A stretch of 64,000 bases of DNA. It comes from a virus. Made by a program: the position numbers and the translations under genes. Position 1 is the stretch's first letter. Each line of letters starts with the position of its first letter. The stretch lies in the IMG/VR virus record IMGVR_UViG_3300035701_000001; one strand, 5' to 3'. The notes below the pieces were generated by a model. The model saw nothing but the letters and a program-made list of their open reading frames with translations. It was not told where the DNA came from and ran no database searches. This document shows positions 29,408-39,153 of this stretch, in pieces.

Positions 29408-30880
29408 ATGCCGTCCCTGTCTTCAAGCCAGACATCCCTTTCGATTCTACAGGATTCTCCGCTTGTCGTCGGAGAGGTCTACTCGAATCGAATCGGGGAA
29501 AAGCGGACTCTTTGGCATCGCGGTATGACCGTGGGACTGATGGGGGTTTCCTGGTGTGCATGGGTGGGGACCCGGTGGATCGGGACGGTGATCGAAAAGG
29601 GAATTTCGACCGAGGAGGAATTCCGTTCTTGGATGCGATTCGACTACATCGATCCCCATCCACATCTTCGGATGAACAGGTCTGCATCCTATTTCCTTGT
29701 CAACCTCCAGGGGCAGTTGTCCGGGAAACCATGGATGATCGAGTCCGATTACCGTAAACAAGTTGCAAAGGGACTCGTCGGAAGTACCGAGTCGGTGGAA
29801 CGAGTTCTTTTCGAGGCGTGTGGCAAGGGCATGCCCGAGGATTGCCTGTCTCGTCCGGTCGAGAAACCCCTGCTCGTGCTGCCGCTTCAATCAGGAGCAG
29901 CCTATCTGAACCAGATCGGAGACGTGCGTATCCTGCGCTATGTCACGGGGGTGGAGGGTTCGGAGGGGTGGTGTACCTGGGTCGGAACGGAGTGGGTGAG
30001 TTCCCAGGAACTCGAACAGGGGGTCTGTTCGCAAGCTGAATTTCGTGCCTGGGTACAGTCGAACCAGATCTCTTCCTCCGAGAATCGCAAGAAGTCTCGT
30101 GTGAGCCCCTTGCTCATCGGCTGGCTTCGCTCTGTACAAGGGCTTCCTTCTCTGTACTCGGGGGACTACGACAAGCTGTCTCGCAAGGGGGCTCTCCCCT
30201 CTGTCGGATCCGTAGAAGCTGACATCCTGAGAACCCTGGAAGATCATGGCCTCATCGAGTCTTCATTCGATTCTCTGTTCTATGCCCGGCGTATCGAGGA
30301 AGCTCTCGAACCTCTCCGGGAATCCCGTCGGGAAGAGAAGGATCTAGAGGGAATGACGGAGATTTCTGGTTTCATCGAATCGGAGGAGCATGAGATTCGC
30401 CGGTTCTTGAAGAAGACTCCTGGTCTATCCATTCGGATCGAAGACATCCCGGTGCAAATCGTCCGTCCTGTCCTTGCTCGTTCTCCGGTTCCCGATCCGT
30501 GGCCTGTCTTGCCTTCCCCTGGGCCTTCCGAGGTGGAGAAGGGGGCCATTGCCGTGGTGGAACCTGTCTGGACCCCTGTTCTCTTGCCCTTCTTTTCTAC
30601 CGGTCCCATTCCCATTGAAACCCCTGTTCCTGCCGCATTCCAGGAAAAGAAGTTTATCGAGGAAATCGTCGAGGAGGAAGAGCCTGTAGAAGGAGATGTT
30701 CTTCCCCTTCAAGTCTCCGAGCACGAACTCCTGTTGAGACACAAGGTTTCCGAGGTTGTGAAAGCCATCGAGACCGGAGAGTGGGACACGGAACTCGACC
30801 GGCTCGAAGAACTCGAATCAAACGGCAAGGCGCGCAAGAAGATCCTTCGGGCCATCGAATTGCGCCGAGACGGGTCGTGA
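29408..30880 (+). CDS. hypothetical protein with an internally repeated domain
   Basis: WCAWVGTRWI...G..TEEEFRSW and WCTWVGTEWV...GV.SQAEFRAW repeats. Confidence 0.75.
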   Translation: MPSLSSSQTSLSILQDSPLVVGEVYSNRIGEKRTLWHRGMTVGLMGVSWCAWVGTRWIGTVIEKGISTEEEFRSWMRFDYIDPHPHLRMNRSASYFLVNLQGQLSGKPWMIESDYRKQVAKGLVGSTESVERVLFEACGKGMPEDCLSRPVEKPLLVLPLQSGAAYLNQIGDVRILRYVTGVEGSEGWCTWVGTEWVSSQELEQGVCSQAEFRAWVQSNQISSSENRKKSRVSPLLIGWLRSVQGLPSLYSGDYDKLSRKGALPSVGSVEADILRTLEDHGLIESSFDSLFYARRIEEALEPLRESRREEKDLEGMTEISGFIESEEHEIRRFLKKTPGLSIRIEDIPVQIVRPVLARSPVPDPWPVLPSPGPSEVEKGAIAVVEPVWTPVLLPFFSTGPIPIETPVPAAFQEKKFIEEIVEEEEPVEGDVLPLQVSEHELLLRHKVSEVVKAIETGEWDTELDRLEELESNGKARKKILRAIELRRDGS

Positions 30881-31488
30881 TCTTCGCCTGGGTGTTGTTT
30901 GCCGCGCTGGCCTCCGATGTATTCTCGGAAGCTGAGAAGCGACAGTTGGCTTCCACGTTGCCGATGTTCTGGAAGCGATTCCAGATTGTAGAAACAGCCC
31001 GGAGTCTTTCCCGCCGGGAATTTCCCCATGTCCATGCATCGGGTCGTTGTCTCTACGATACGGCGTGTCTTCTTTTCGTCGCGGCGCGGGAAGGGATCTT
31101 TCTGACTCCCCAGGCAGGCAGTGCGTTCTGGCGCGTCGTTCCCGAAGAACAGGACGATGGAGTCAGCATCACGCACTTTGGGTATGAGTGGGAACCGGAT
31201 TCAGCCCTGACACACTTTGCCCTGGCACAGGGTCTGTTGCCCGAGATGCATGTCTGGGCGGGAGATCCCGTTCGACAGGAGATCGTGGATGTCACGACCT
31301 GGGAGTTTCCCGACCAGGCGAGAGAACTCATCGGGGCCGAGTGGAAGACGCCTCTTCCTCCTGATTTCCTGTGGTGCAAGACCTCTGAGATTCCCCAGGA
31401 TGCCGAGTACAAGCCCTCGAAGAGCGCGACGGAAATCGCGTGGAAGCTTATGCAGAGGGTGATGCGGGAACGTGGGCTGTCGAGATGA
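30877..31488 (+). CDS. hypothetical protein
   Basis: GTGA overlap; MIFAWVLFAALASD leader. Confidence 0.65.
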   Translation: MIFAWVLFAALASDVFSEAEKRQLASTLPMFWKRFQIVETARSLSRREFPHVHASGRCLYDTACLLFVAAREGIFLTPQAGSAFWRVVPEEQDDGVSITHFGYEWEPDSALTHFALAQGLLPEMHVWAGDPVRQEIVDVTTWEFPDQARELIGAEWKTPLPPDFLWCKTSEIPQDAEYKPSKSATEIAWKLMQRVMRERGLSR

Positions 31489-32162
31489 TTCCCTGGATTA
31501 CCGGGATGACGCTTGGATTGGCCGGAGCAGTGGACGTTTCTGAACCGTCTGAAATGGAGAGGGAGCAGGAACGGGAATCCATTATCTACGAGATCATGGC
31601 GTGGAGGGAACTGCATGATGATCTCGGTTGTTTCGATGCTTATGCGGATCCTCCCGGTGGGGATTACCACAATTTTTTGGATCATCCGAAGAACTTGAAA
31701 AAATGTGCTCTTGCACTGCAGAAAGATGAATTTCTGGAGCCTGAGCCTCTCTGTCCATCTGGATTCCGGTTGGAGGGAGTCGATTTCTTTGCAAGGGTCC
31801 TGTTTCCCGATGTGAGGAAAAGTCCCTACTTCATTCTCCGTCGTCTGCAATTCTCGGTTCCCACCGGGTTGTCCTGGGAGCAAATCAGGAAGCTCTTCCA
31901 GGAATACATCGACGCTTTTTTCGATGGACCTGGTTCTGGCATTTTATGGTCGATGGACGCCTGGTCCCTGTCCCTTGACCGGGAGCCCCGTCACATTCCC
32001 ATGGGGTATACTTCTTTTCAGCCAGGGGATCGGGTCAAGATTCTGCGTAAAAAGTGGTTCAAGGATATGATCAACGTACCTTTTGACTGGTCTGATCAGA
32101 TGATTCTCCAGATTCTGGAAGCCTACGTCCACTTTGTTCCAGAAAAGAAGGACCGGGTATGA
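31485..32162 (+). CDS. hypothetical protein with signal peptide
   Basis: ATGA overlap; MIPWITGMTLGLAGAVD leader. Confidence 0.7.
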   Translation: MIPWITGMTLGLAGAVDVSEPSEMEREQERESIIYEIMAWRELHDDLGCFDAYADPPGGDYHNFLDHPKNLKKCALALQKDEFLEPEPLCPSGFRLEGVDFFARVLFPDVRKSPYFILRRLQFSVPTGLSWEQIRKLFQEYIDAFFDGPGSGILWSMDAWSLSLDREPRHIPMGYTSFQPGDRVKILRKKWFKDMINVPFDWSDQMILQILEAYVHFVPEKKDRV

Positions 32163-32665
32163 TCCTCATTTCCTGCCTGGCAATCTTCGGTGCGATGGCC
32201 CTTGACGAGCCTGAGCACTTGCCCGTTCGATTCACCGTGCCTTTGCGGGACAAGGATCTGCAAGATCTCCTGTCTCTGGCCAATGTCCGCATCGAGGATC
32301 TGTCGAAGGTTCCTCCAGAAGCAAAGCCGAATCTGGTACGGCTGGGTCTCTCGGCACTCATCCTTCTCTACCGTAGGAAGGAACTTGCCTATTTCGCGAA
32401 AGACGCCGTACAGTGGACGGCGTTCTGGGCGGTCGTCATCCAGAGATATGGCCTGCGGGAGGCCGCAGCCGCCGCCCTGGCTTCTGCCGATGGTCCGATC
32501 CCCGTCATGGACCTGATTGCCGTGGGTCTCACCCTGTGGACGATCCTCGACATCCTGTATGCGTGGGACGACCTGTGGAATCTGGTCGAGCCTAGTCTTG
32601 TGGAAGATTCCCGACCGAGAACACGAACTCCAGGTCCTGCCGCGTCTCGCCCTGGTTCACCGTGA
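32159..32665 (+). CDS. predicted membrane protein
   Basis: Several hydrophobic segments, including AAAAALASADGPIPVMDLIAVGLTLW. Confidence 0.7.
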   Translation: MILISCLAIFGAMALDEPEHLPVRFTVPLRDKDLQDLLSLANVRIEDLSKVPPEAKPNLVRLGLSALILLYRRKELAYFAKDAVQWTAFWAVVIQRYGLREAAAAALASADGPIPVMDLIAVGLTLWTILDILYAWDDLWNLVEPSLVEDSRPRTRTPGPAASRPGSP

Positions 32666-32957
32666 CCGAAACCCCGTAGAGACCGCAGATCCGAAGGATT
32701 TCGCTGGCAATTCGCTCCATGAGGTCGAGGGGATTGTCGGTTTTCACGGTGACGGAGGCATACCGATTCCCTTCTCGGGTCGAACCGAAGCGGACATCCA
32801 CATCCACGAGTCCGAGGATGACCTCCAGAAATCCCTGCAGTTGTCTTGCAGCGGTGTCGATGGCCTGGTTGGTCCGACTCATGGGAGGAGCCCCGTAGCG
32901 AGCTTGGGGAGCGAGCAGGAGTTTTTGCAGGTACGGGTCGATCATCGGAGGCTCCAT
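32592..32957 (-). CDS. hypothetical protein
   Basis: GGAG-like RBS; 121 aa. Confidence 0.6.
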   Translation of the reverse strand: MEPPMIDPYLQKLLLAPQARYGAPPMSRTNQAIDTAARQLQGFLEVILGLVDVDVRFGSTREGNRYASVTVKTDNPLDLMERIASEILRICGLYGVSVTVNQGETRQDLEFVFSVGNLPQD

Positions 32958-32971
32958 AGCTTTCTATCCTC

Positions 32972-33514
32972 CTAACCCTGGGAGTCCTCCTTGGCCTCTG
33001 AGTGTTCTTCGCGCAACTGCTTCATTCGTTCCCACATCTCTTGATCACTTGGCAGGTACGAGGAGACGTACGTGGTTGCGAATCCGCATCCGAAGACACC
33101 CTGTAGATTGGCGCGGACAGTTGGGACTGAGATGTCCAACAGTTTCCACCAGGCGACCAGACGGATGTTGGGCAGGATCAGCACGATGTTCCATTCCGGG
33201 GACATGACTTCGATCCGGAGGGCAGTTCCGAGGTCTTCCATCACGCGAGCCACGAGGGCTCCCTCTCGCTCGGCCAGGATCATCCAGAACTGGTTGGTCC
33301 TCGCGGAAGCCCCGAGTTCCTGTCGTTCTTTCGTCATCCAGATGGGGGTCGAGGGCTGTTCTCTGTCCACCCGGTGCGCGAGATGGGTTGCCAGGATCTC
33401 GTTGACGAGAGCACTGACGCTCTTCTTCTTGCGTGCATGGGCTTCCATCGTGAGATCGTCGATGAGATCCTTCCGGACACGGACGATGAGGCTGGACGAT
33501 TCGGTGGAACGCAT
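32972..33514 (-). CDS. ribbon-helix-helix (Arc/CopG-like) domain protein
   Basis: SSLIVRVRKDLIDDLTMEAHARKKKSVSALVNEIL: alternating beta strand followed by two helices. Confidence 0.65.
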   Translation of the reverse strand: MRSTESSSLIVRVRKDLIDDLTMEAHARKKKSVSALVNEILATHLAHRVDREQPSTPIWMTKERQELGASARTNQFWMILAEREGALVARVMEDLGTALRIEVMSPEWNIVLILPNIRLVAWWKLLDISVPTVRANLQGVFGCGFATTYVSSYLPSDQEMWERMKQLREEHSEAKEDSQG

Positions 33515-33610
33515 AGGGACTCCCGTTTGAATCCAGCCTATCCTTTCGGTCAAATGTACGCAATTCGCCACAGTTTTGTAAACAAACGTGAACACCTGAA
33601 ATCCATCCAC

Positions 33611-33639
33611 TTGACACAAGATGTGTCATCTGTTAGAAT
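33611..33639 (+). promoter_or_regulatory. sigma70-like promoter with perfect inverted repeat TGACACA-N3-TGTGTCA
   Basis: TTGACA-17nt-TAGAAT; GGAGGAG RBS follows. Confidence 0.85.
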
Positions 33640-33657
33640 TCAGGGAGGAGTGGTTTC

Positions 33658-34653
33658 ATGAAAATTCCAGATTCCGACGAAGTACTCAGATACCTCAGTC
33701 GATTTCCGAACTCGGTTCTCGCGGCAGCCCATGCACTGGCGGATGCCTTGGCTGTCCATGAAGGACGTCGGATTCACATTGACCGTTGGCGTCCTGTCGT
33801 CGGGGCTGTTCTCGAAAAGAAGCGGGTTCGAGACGAGCCGTTCGAGGCTGTTTTGAAAGTCGGTCAGGAGGCAGGGCTCTTCCAGATTGACCGAGAGAGT
33901 GGAGCCTATCCGTTCTTTGTCTTGCCCGAAGCGGATCCCGTGGTTCCCATCGAGGAACAGGTGGATGAGGTCGTCCTTCCGACCCCCGAGGAAGTCAAAG
34001 CCTTTCTCGACGTCCATCCAAATCCCTACGAGGCGGCAGCCCTGGCACTTCACCAGGCGGTTCGCCGGTATACGGGACGAAGGCTTCACATCGACCGCTG
34101 GCGGCCTGTTGTCGGGACCGTGCTCGGGCGCAAGCAGGTTCGGGATGTGGTCTACGATCCCGTGTTGCAGACTGCCGAGCGCATGGGTCTCTTGACGGTT
34201 GACCGGGAGAGCGGGGCCTATCCGTTTTTTGTCTGGCACATGCCTCCCTTGGAGCGCGAGGTCCAAGAATCTGGAGAGGAGTCTGAGGAGCCCGAGGATC
34301 CCTTCGACGAGGAATGGGAACGCCATGTCCATTGCTCCGAAGATCCCCAGCTTGTCCTTTCTCCTTCTCCGTTCGGACCGGAGCCTCCGGCTCCCTGGAA
34401 CTACCCGGACTACATGCCCTGTGGGCATTTGAACTTCACGTGTACCGAGACCGAATGCCGTCGTCCGAAGAACCAGCCGAACTACCGGTTCCTTTCCGGG
34501 GTGTACCGGGTCCCGGTCCCTGTGTTCCTCCGCCAGACGAAGGAGAAGATCACCCAGGGAGGATTCATCGGCCTTGTCGTCGATGAAGACGGCTACTACT
34601 GCGGGGGAGAATTCAACCAGTCTCCGAAACGGAGGAAGCGGAGGGCCCCATGA
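33658..34653 (+). CDS. protein with two tandem ~80-aa homologous domains and a Cys/His-rich tail
   Basis: GRR(I/L)HIDRWRPVVG.VL..K.VRD...DRESGAYPFFV occurs twice. Confidence 0.85.
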   Translation: MKIPDSDEVLRYLSRFPNSVLAAAHALADALAVHEGRRIHIDRWRPVVGAVLEKKRVRDEPFEAVLKVGQEAGLFQIDRESGAYPFFVLPEADPVVPIEEQVDEVVLPTPEEVKAFLDVHPNPYEAAALALHQAVRRYTGRRLHIDRWRPVVGTVLGRKQVRDVVYDPVLQTAERMGLLTVDRESGAYPFFVWHMPPLEREVQESGEESEEPEDPFDEEWERHVHCSEDPQLVLSPSPFGPEPPAPWNYPDYMPCGHLNFTCTETECRRPKNQPNYRFLSGVYRVPVPVFLRQTKEKITQGGFIGLVVDEDGYYCGGEFNQSPKRRKRRAP

Positions 34654-35162
34654 ATGTCCTCGTCTATCACGCGGATCGAAAGGAAGAAGGTCTCTGCTCC
34701 TGGCCGGTTGGATACACGGTCGTTGCACGGGTGCACTGCGGAATTCTCGCGGAAGCCGTGTTGGCAACCCAGAACGGGGATCAGAAGTGGTTCGAGCGGA
34801 CTTCGCTCGGGGATGTGCGGTGCGAACGGCTCCAGTCTTCGCCGATGCGCTCTACGCTCGTGGGAGACGTGTTTCTCATCGAGGAACAGAATCATGGGAA
34901 AGAAGAGGTCTCGATTCACCAGTTGAAGGCTGGAATGCGATTCGATGTCCACCAGGTTCGTCTTCCGAGTGGATATATCATGGAAAAGTTTGTTTCAAAG
35001 CATCTTTGTTCCAAGTCCAACCCTTCCGGACATCCAGGAGCAGGGCCCCGAGGTGAGTTCGAAGAACGGCGTTTGCTGTCGATTCTCCTTTCTCGTCTCA
35101 AAACCCTCGATGATCCGCGTGTCAACGAGATTCTGTGCTCGTTGGGAATCAAAGTATCCTGA
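34650..35162 (+). CDS. hypothetical phage protein
   Basis: LATQN...RSTLVGDVF motif; ATGA overlap. Confidence 0.65.
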   Translation: MNVLVYHADRKEEGLCSWPVGYTVVARVHCGILAEAVLATQNGDQKWFERTSLGDVRCERLQSSPMRSTLVGDVFLIEEQNHGKEEVSIHQLKAGMRFDVHQVRLPSGYIMEKFVSKHLCSKSNPSGHPGAGPRGEFEERRLLSILLSRLKTLDDPRVNEILCSLGIKVS

Positions 35163-35192
35163 CGGTTTTTTTCAATTTTTGTATTTTTGTTG

Positions 35193-35221
35193 TCGACACA
35201 CCCGGTGTCAATGGATAGTCT
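35193..35221 (+). promoter_or_regulatory. promoter with operator variant CGACAC-N5-GTGTCA
   Basis: TCGACA-17nt-TAGTCT immediately upstream of the ATG at 35228. Confidence 0.6.
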
Positions 35222-35227
35222 GTTCTC

Positions 35228-35560
35228 ATGGCAACCCAAGTCGTTCGTCCCCTTTTCGCCCATCCTTCCCGGAGGGCTCCCATGGATCAGTGGCTACTGA
35301 TGTTCCGTGAGGTACAAGGCGCAATCCAGATTGCGTCGGCGGGACCGTTCGACGTTTCGGAAGTTGTTTCTGCCGCAGAGATTGCGTTCGAAGACGGGTA
35401 TGACGGGGTGTTGGCCATGGATCGCAAGCCGGACCTCGGACTGGCCGCACGTCGGGTGGCGGATGGACGCGCACTTGCGGGAATGGAAGGGGTCGTTCGC
35501 CGCTACGTTCCCGAGGAAGATTTGCCTGAGATCGAGAGAAGCCTGGCCAAGGCAGGATAG
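35228..35560 (+). CDS. hypothetical protein
   Basis: 110-aa ORF behind a promoter. Confidence 0.65.
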   Translation: MATQVVRPLFAHPSRRAPMDQWLLMFREVQGAIQIASAGPFDVSEVVSAAEIAFEDGYDGVLAMDRKPDLGLAARRVADGRALAGMEGVVRRYVPEEDLPEIERSLAKAG

Positions 35561-35615
35561 CCGGTTAGGGGACAGGGGTTGACAACTGCACCGTCAACGG
35601 ATACCATTATACTCG

Positions 35616-36185
35616 ATGATGATACGACTTACTGAGTGGGCGACTCGACAAGGGATCGCGTATATCACGGCCTTTCGTTGGTCACAGGCTGGTAAAATCC
35701 CAGGACTGCACAAGTCCGTATCTGGACGGCTTTTTGTCGAGGTCGAGGAGTCAACCGGTAGGGAAACTGTGCTTTACGGTCGTGTTTCGTCTTCCGATCA
35801 AAAAGCAGATCTCGACCGACAGATGGACCGACTTCGAAGTTTTGCCGCAGCGCGCGGAATGATCGTGAATCGCGAGGTGCAAGAGATCGGTTCCGGGTTG
35901 AACGGACATCGAAAAAAACTCATTGGTCTTCTTCGCGATCCCAAAGTTAGTGTGATCGTCGTTGAGCATAGAGACCGATTGGCACGCTTCGGAGTCGAAT
36001 ACATTGAGGCTGCCATAGCTGCACAAGAACGGAACATTCTTGTCGTAAATGAAGGAGAACAGAAACTCGATCTCGTTCAGGATTTCATCGATGTGGTGAC
36101 TTCAATGTGTAGCCGTATTTACGGTCGACGTGCTGCATTGAACAGAGCAAAGGCTGCACTGGCTGCAACCAAGGTTATTCCATGA
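35616..36185 (+). CDS. tnpA: IS607 serine recombinase transposase TnpA
   Basis: LTEWATRQGIAYITAFRW (HTH), YGRVSSSDQKADLDRQ, VEHRDRLARFG, SMCSRIYGRR. Confidence 0.95.
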   Translation: MMIRLTEWATRQGIAYITAFRWSQAGKIPGLHKSVSGRLFVEVEESTGRETVLYGRVSSSDQKADLDRQMDRLRSFAAARGMIVNREVQEIGSGLNGHRKKLIGLLRDPKVSVIVVEHRDRLARFGVEYIEAAIAAQERNILVVNEGEQKLDLVQDFIDVVTSMCSRIYGRRAALNRAKAALAATKVIP

Positions 36186-37507
36186 TTCTCGCCCGTAGTT
36201 CCACTCTTCGTCCATCTTCCGAACAGGCCCGTGCCTTCGGTCGGGCGTGTGGAACGGCCAGGTGGGCGTGGAACTGGGGTCTCGCCAAGAAGCAGGAAGC
36301 GTGGAAGATCCGAAAAGCCGCCATCGAATCCGGAATCAAACCGTCTGACGCTCCGAAGGTGCCAACGGCCATTGACCTACATCGGGATCTGGTAAGATTC
36401 AAAAAGCTTCCCGTCGAGGAAGGTGGCGTCCCATGGATGTACGAAGTCTCGAAATGTGCTCCGCAAGAGGCTCTTAGAGACCTTGACGTAGCATTCGAGA
36501 ACTTCTTCAGACGGTTGAAGTGTGGAGAAACGCCAGGATACCCAAGATTCAAATCGCGTTTTCGTGATCCTGGACACTTTCGGCTTACGGGTGCTATCTC
36601 AGTCAAAAATGGACGGATTCGTCTCCCTCGGATCGGGGCTGTACGGTTCATGCCTGGAGATCGGAGCTACTTTTCTGACGGTGCCTTCGGTAGTGTCAGT
36701 ATCGTAGAAGACCATGGTCGCTGGTGTGTCTCCGTGAGGACGAACATTTTCGAGGCTCCTGTGGACAACACGCGGCCTACTGTTGGAATCGATGTGGGTG
36801 TTCGAGAACTCGCTCATCTCTCCGATGGAACCGTGATTCCGAATCCGCAGGCGCTGGACAGTGAGAACAGGCGACTCCGCAGGGCCAGGCTGACAATTGC
36901 CAGAAAGCAGCGTGCTGCTGATAAGCGATTTGGAAAGAGGAAGAAAGGAGAACGTCGTATCGAGTCAAAGCGACTGCAACGAGCCAGGAAAATCCATGCC
37001 CGTCTTGCTCGTCGTGTTACAGATCTCCGTGCGGATGCTCTTCACAAGTCAACGACATGGATTGCGAAGACGTACAGCACCGTCGTAGTCGAAGACCTTC
37101 ACGGGAAGAACATGACCCGTACCAGGAAAGGTAAAGGTCGAGCCTCGAAGGCCGGTCTGAATCGGTCGATTCTCGACAGCGGAATGCTACGTATTCGGCC
37201 TATTTTGGCTTACAAGATGCCGTTGTACGGTGGCTGGTTGGTTGCGGTTCCGGCAGCGGGGACGTCGCGTCGATGTTCTCGTTGTGGAGCGTACAACGAT
37301 CCAGGTTCCTCGAAAATTTACAAGTGCGAATCCTGCAAACTCGTCATTGATCGAGACGAGAATGCTTCGCTCAATATTCATGCCGCTGCGAGTTGCACAG
37401 TGGCCTCGACAGAAATGTCGGGATGTCGTGGAGCGGTTGTAAGACCCAAGGCGAAAGCCGGACGGCAGGCTGCTTTGATCCGACAGTTGGAGCCTGATCA
37501 TGTTTGA
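36182..37507 (+). CDS. tnpB: TnpB RNA-guided endonuclease with catalytic residues intact
   Basis: GTARWAWN, VGIDVG (RuvC-I D), VVEDL (RuvC-II E), TSRRCSRCG..CESC Zn finger, DRDENAS (RuvC-III D). Confidence 0.95.
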   Translation: MILARSSTLRPSSEQARAFGRACGTARWAWNWGLAKKQEAWKIRKAAIESGIKPSDAPKVPTAIDLHRDLVRFKKLPVEEGGVPWMYEVSKCAPQEALRDLDVAFENFFRRLKCGETPGYPRFKSRFRDPGHFRLTGAISVKNGRIRLPRIGAVRFMPGDRSYFSDGAFGSVSIVEDHGRWCVSVRTNIFEAPVDNTRPTVGIDVGVRELAHLSDGTVIPNPQALDSENRRLRRARLTIARKQRAADKRFGKRKKGERRIESKRLQRARKIHARLARRVTDLRADALHKSTTWIAKTYSTVVVEDLHGKNMTRTRKGKGRASKAGLNRSILDSGMLRIRPILAYKMPLYGGWLVAVPAAGTSRRCSRCGAYNDPGSSKIYKCESCKLVIDRDENASLNIHAAASCTVASTEMSGCRGAVVRPKAKAGRQAALIRQLEPDHV

Positions 37508-37700
37508 TCATGTTCCGAGCAACGGACGTACCTGTTGCTTCTGCTCGATTTGGGCCGTCGCAAAAACCAGCCCATCGCTGTCGAACCCGATGGATGGACC
37601 TGGACACTGCTTTTCCCGGTCATTCCTCATACGGTGTATGACCCCCATCCGGTCGAGGCGCTCGTACGGGCATTCGAAGAAACGATACAGGACTCTGTCC

Positions 37701-38207
37701 ATGGATGAACCGAAGCCGATCCGCCGCATCGTGTTCCTGGACATCGACGGGGTCTTGAACTCCCGAGAGGTCTTCGAACGAATCTGCACGCAGATGCCCG
37801 AGATCCGTCGGAAGGGTCGGTTCGAGTACGACGTGGCTCAGTTGGACGAGGTGATGGTGGGCCGACTGAACCGGATTCTCGAACGAACGGGAGCCGAGGT
37901 CGTGCTTTCCAGCACCTGGCGCAAGCTGCACCTCGTTCACGAGGTGCAGGCCATGCTGGAATGCAAGGGATTCACGGGTCGGATCCTCAGCCAGACTCCC
38001 GTGATGAACACCTTGCGGGGCCATGAGATCGAGCGGTGGCTTCAGAAGAATGCTCCCTCGGCCTCCTACGTCATCCTGGACGACGATTCGGACATGGAGG
38101 GGTGTTTGGACAGGCTCGTGCAGACTTCCTGCCGTACGGGGCTGCAGGACGAGCACGTCGAAAGGGCAGTGGCCTTGCTGATGGAATCGTCGGGAGTCGA
38201 TTCCTAG
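37701..38207 (+). CDS. HAD-family phosphatase, Swiss-army-knife RNA-repair type (HAD_SAK_2-like)
   Basis: IVFLDIDGVLN, VVLSSTWR, RGHEIERWL, YVILDDD..M, GL. Confidence 0.85.
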   Translation: MDEPKPIRRIVFLDIDGVLNSREVFERICTQMPEIRRKGRFEYDVAQLDEVMVGRLNRILERTGAEVVLSSTWRKLHLVHEVQAMLECKGFTGRILSQTPVMNTLRGHEIERWLQKNAPSASYVILDDDSDMEGCLDRLVQTSCRTGLQDEHVERAVALLMESSGVDS

Positions 38208-38344
38208 AACGTGGAGTACGACCCGAACCTTCGTACTCTTTGTGTCCTTCGTGGTGGTCCTGTCGTTCTTTTTCACCGTTGAGGACGCGGAGATCGCGGA
38301 GTATGACCCGATCCTCCGCGTTCTCTGTGTTCTTTATGGTAAGG

Positions 38345-39052
38345 CTACCTTGCGCGGGGTGCGTGCTTCTTCTTCGTCACGAGCCCCTTCTTGTTCGAGC
38401 GCAGTTCGAGGTCGATCGGGCAGCCTTCCTTGTGGCCTTTCTCCTGTTTGGCCCCACAGGCTCCGCAGCGTCCATTCACCCATTCGAGGTTCTCCAAGAG
38501 TTCCTTGCGGCGCACGGCGTGGCTCTTGACCTTTGGCTTGATACGGCGGGGCGGGCCGTACTTGTTCAACTGGTTTGCGGCACTCATGAGTTCGGAGCGC
38601 ACGAAGCTCATGGCGATCTCGCCCTTCGCGTTCTTCGGCCATTCGATCTGGTCGATGAGCGTCGAGATGCGGATGAGCGCTGCCACCATCTGGCCGCAGA
38701 GCGCATGGTGTTCCGGGATGCGGCCCTTGGCTGCCACAGGGACGGGCTCCCCGCAGAACGAACACGTGATGCGCCTCGGGCGGCCTTTGGGCCAATAGGT
38801 TTCCGTCGGAAGGATCTCCGTCGGAAGGATCTCCGTCGGAAGGATCTCCGTCGGAAGGATCTCCGTCGGAAGGGTCTCCGTCGGGAGGGTCTCCGTCGGG
38901 AGGGTTTTCGTCGGGATGGTTTCCGTCGAGGGGGTCTCCGTCGAGGGGCTCTCGGTGGAGGGGCTCTCGGTGGAGGGGCTCTCGGTGGAGGGGCTCTCGG
39001 TGGAAGAAGCAAGGAAAACCGGGGTAGGCTCGGTCTGGGGGGTGGGGGTCAT
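38345..39052 (-). CDS. protein with a Thr/Pro/Glu pentapeptide repeat stalk and Zn-finger motifs
   Basis: (S/P)TE(S/T/I)(P/L) about 14 times; CSFCG, CGACG..H..GC. Confidence 0.7.
   Translation of the reverse strand: MTPTPQTEPTPVFLASSTESPSTESPSTESPSTESPSTETPSTETIPTKTLPTETLPTETLPTEILPTEILPTEILPTEILPTETYWPKGRPRRITCSFCGEPVPVAAKGRIPEHHALCGQMVAALIRISTLIDQIEWPKNAKGEIAMSFVRSELMSAANQLNKYGPPRRIKPKVKSHAVRRKELLENLEWVNGRCGACGAKQEKGHKEGCPIDLELRSNKKGLVTKKKHAPRAR
38797..39006. repeat. 15-bp coding tandem repeat, about 14 units in sequence-variant blocks
   Basis: GATCTCCGTCGGAAG, GGTCTCCGTCGGGAG and GCTCTCGGTGGAGGG blocks. Confidence 0.9.
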
Positions 39053-39153
39053 GTCCTCTCTCCATTTCTCATGAGGAATGTATCTGGAGAGAGCATATGC
39101 CACGACCGTGAACATGTCGACACTTTTTGTGGCAAAATGTTCAGACACGCGTT

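Larger units (their letters stand above)
35570..37510 (+). mobile_element. IS607-family insertion sequence (ends approximate)
   Basis: MerR-HTH serine recombinase tnpA overlapping tnpB by 4 nt; promoter TTGACA-17-TACCAT at 35579. Confidence 0.9.
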
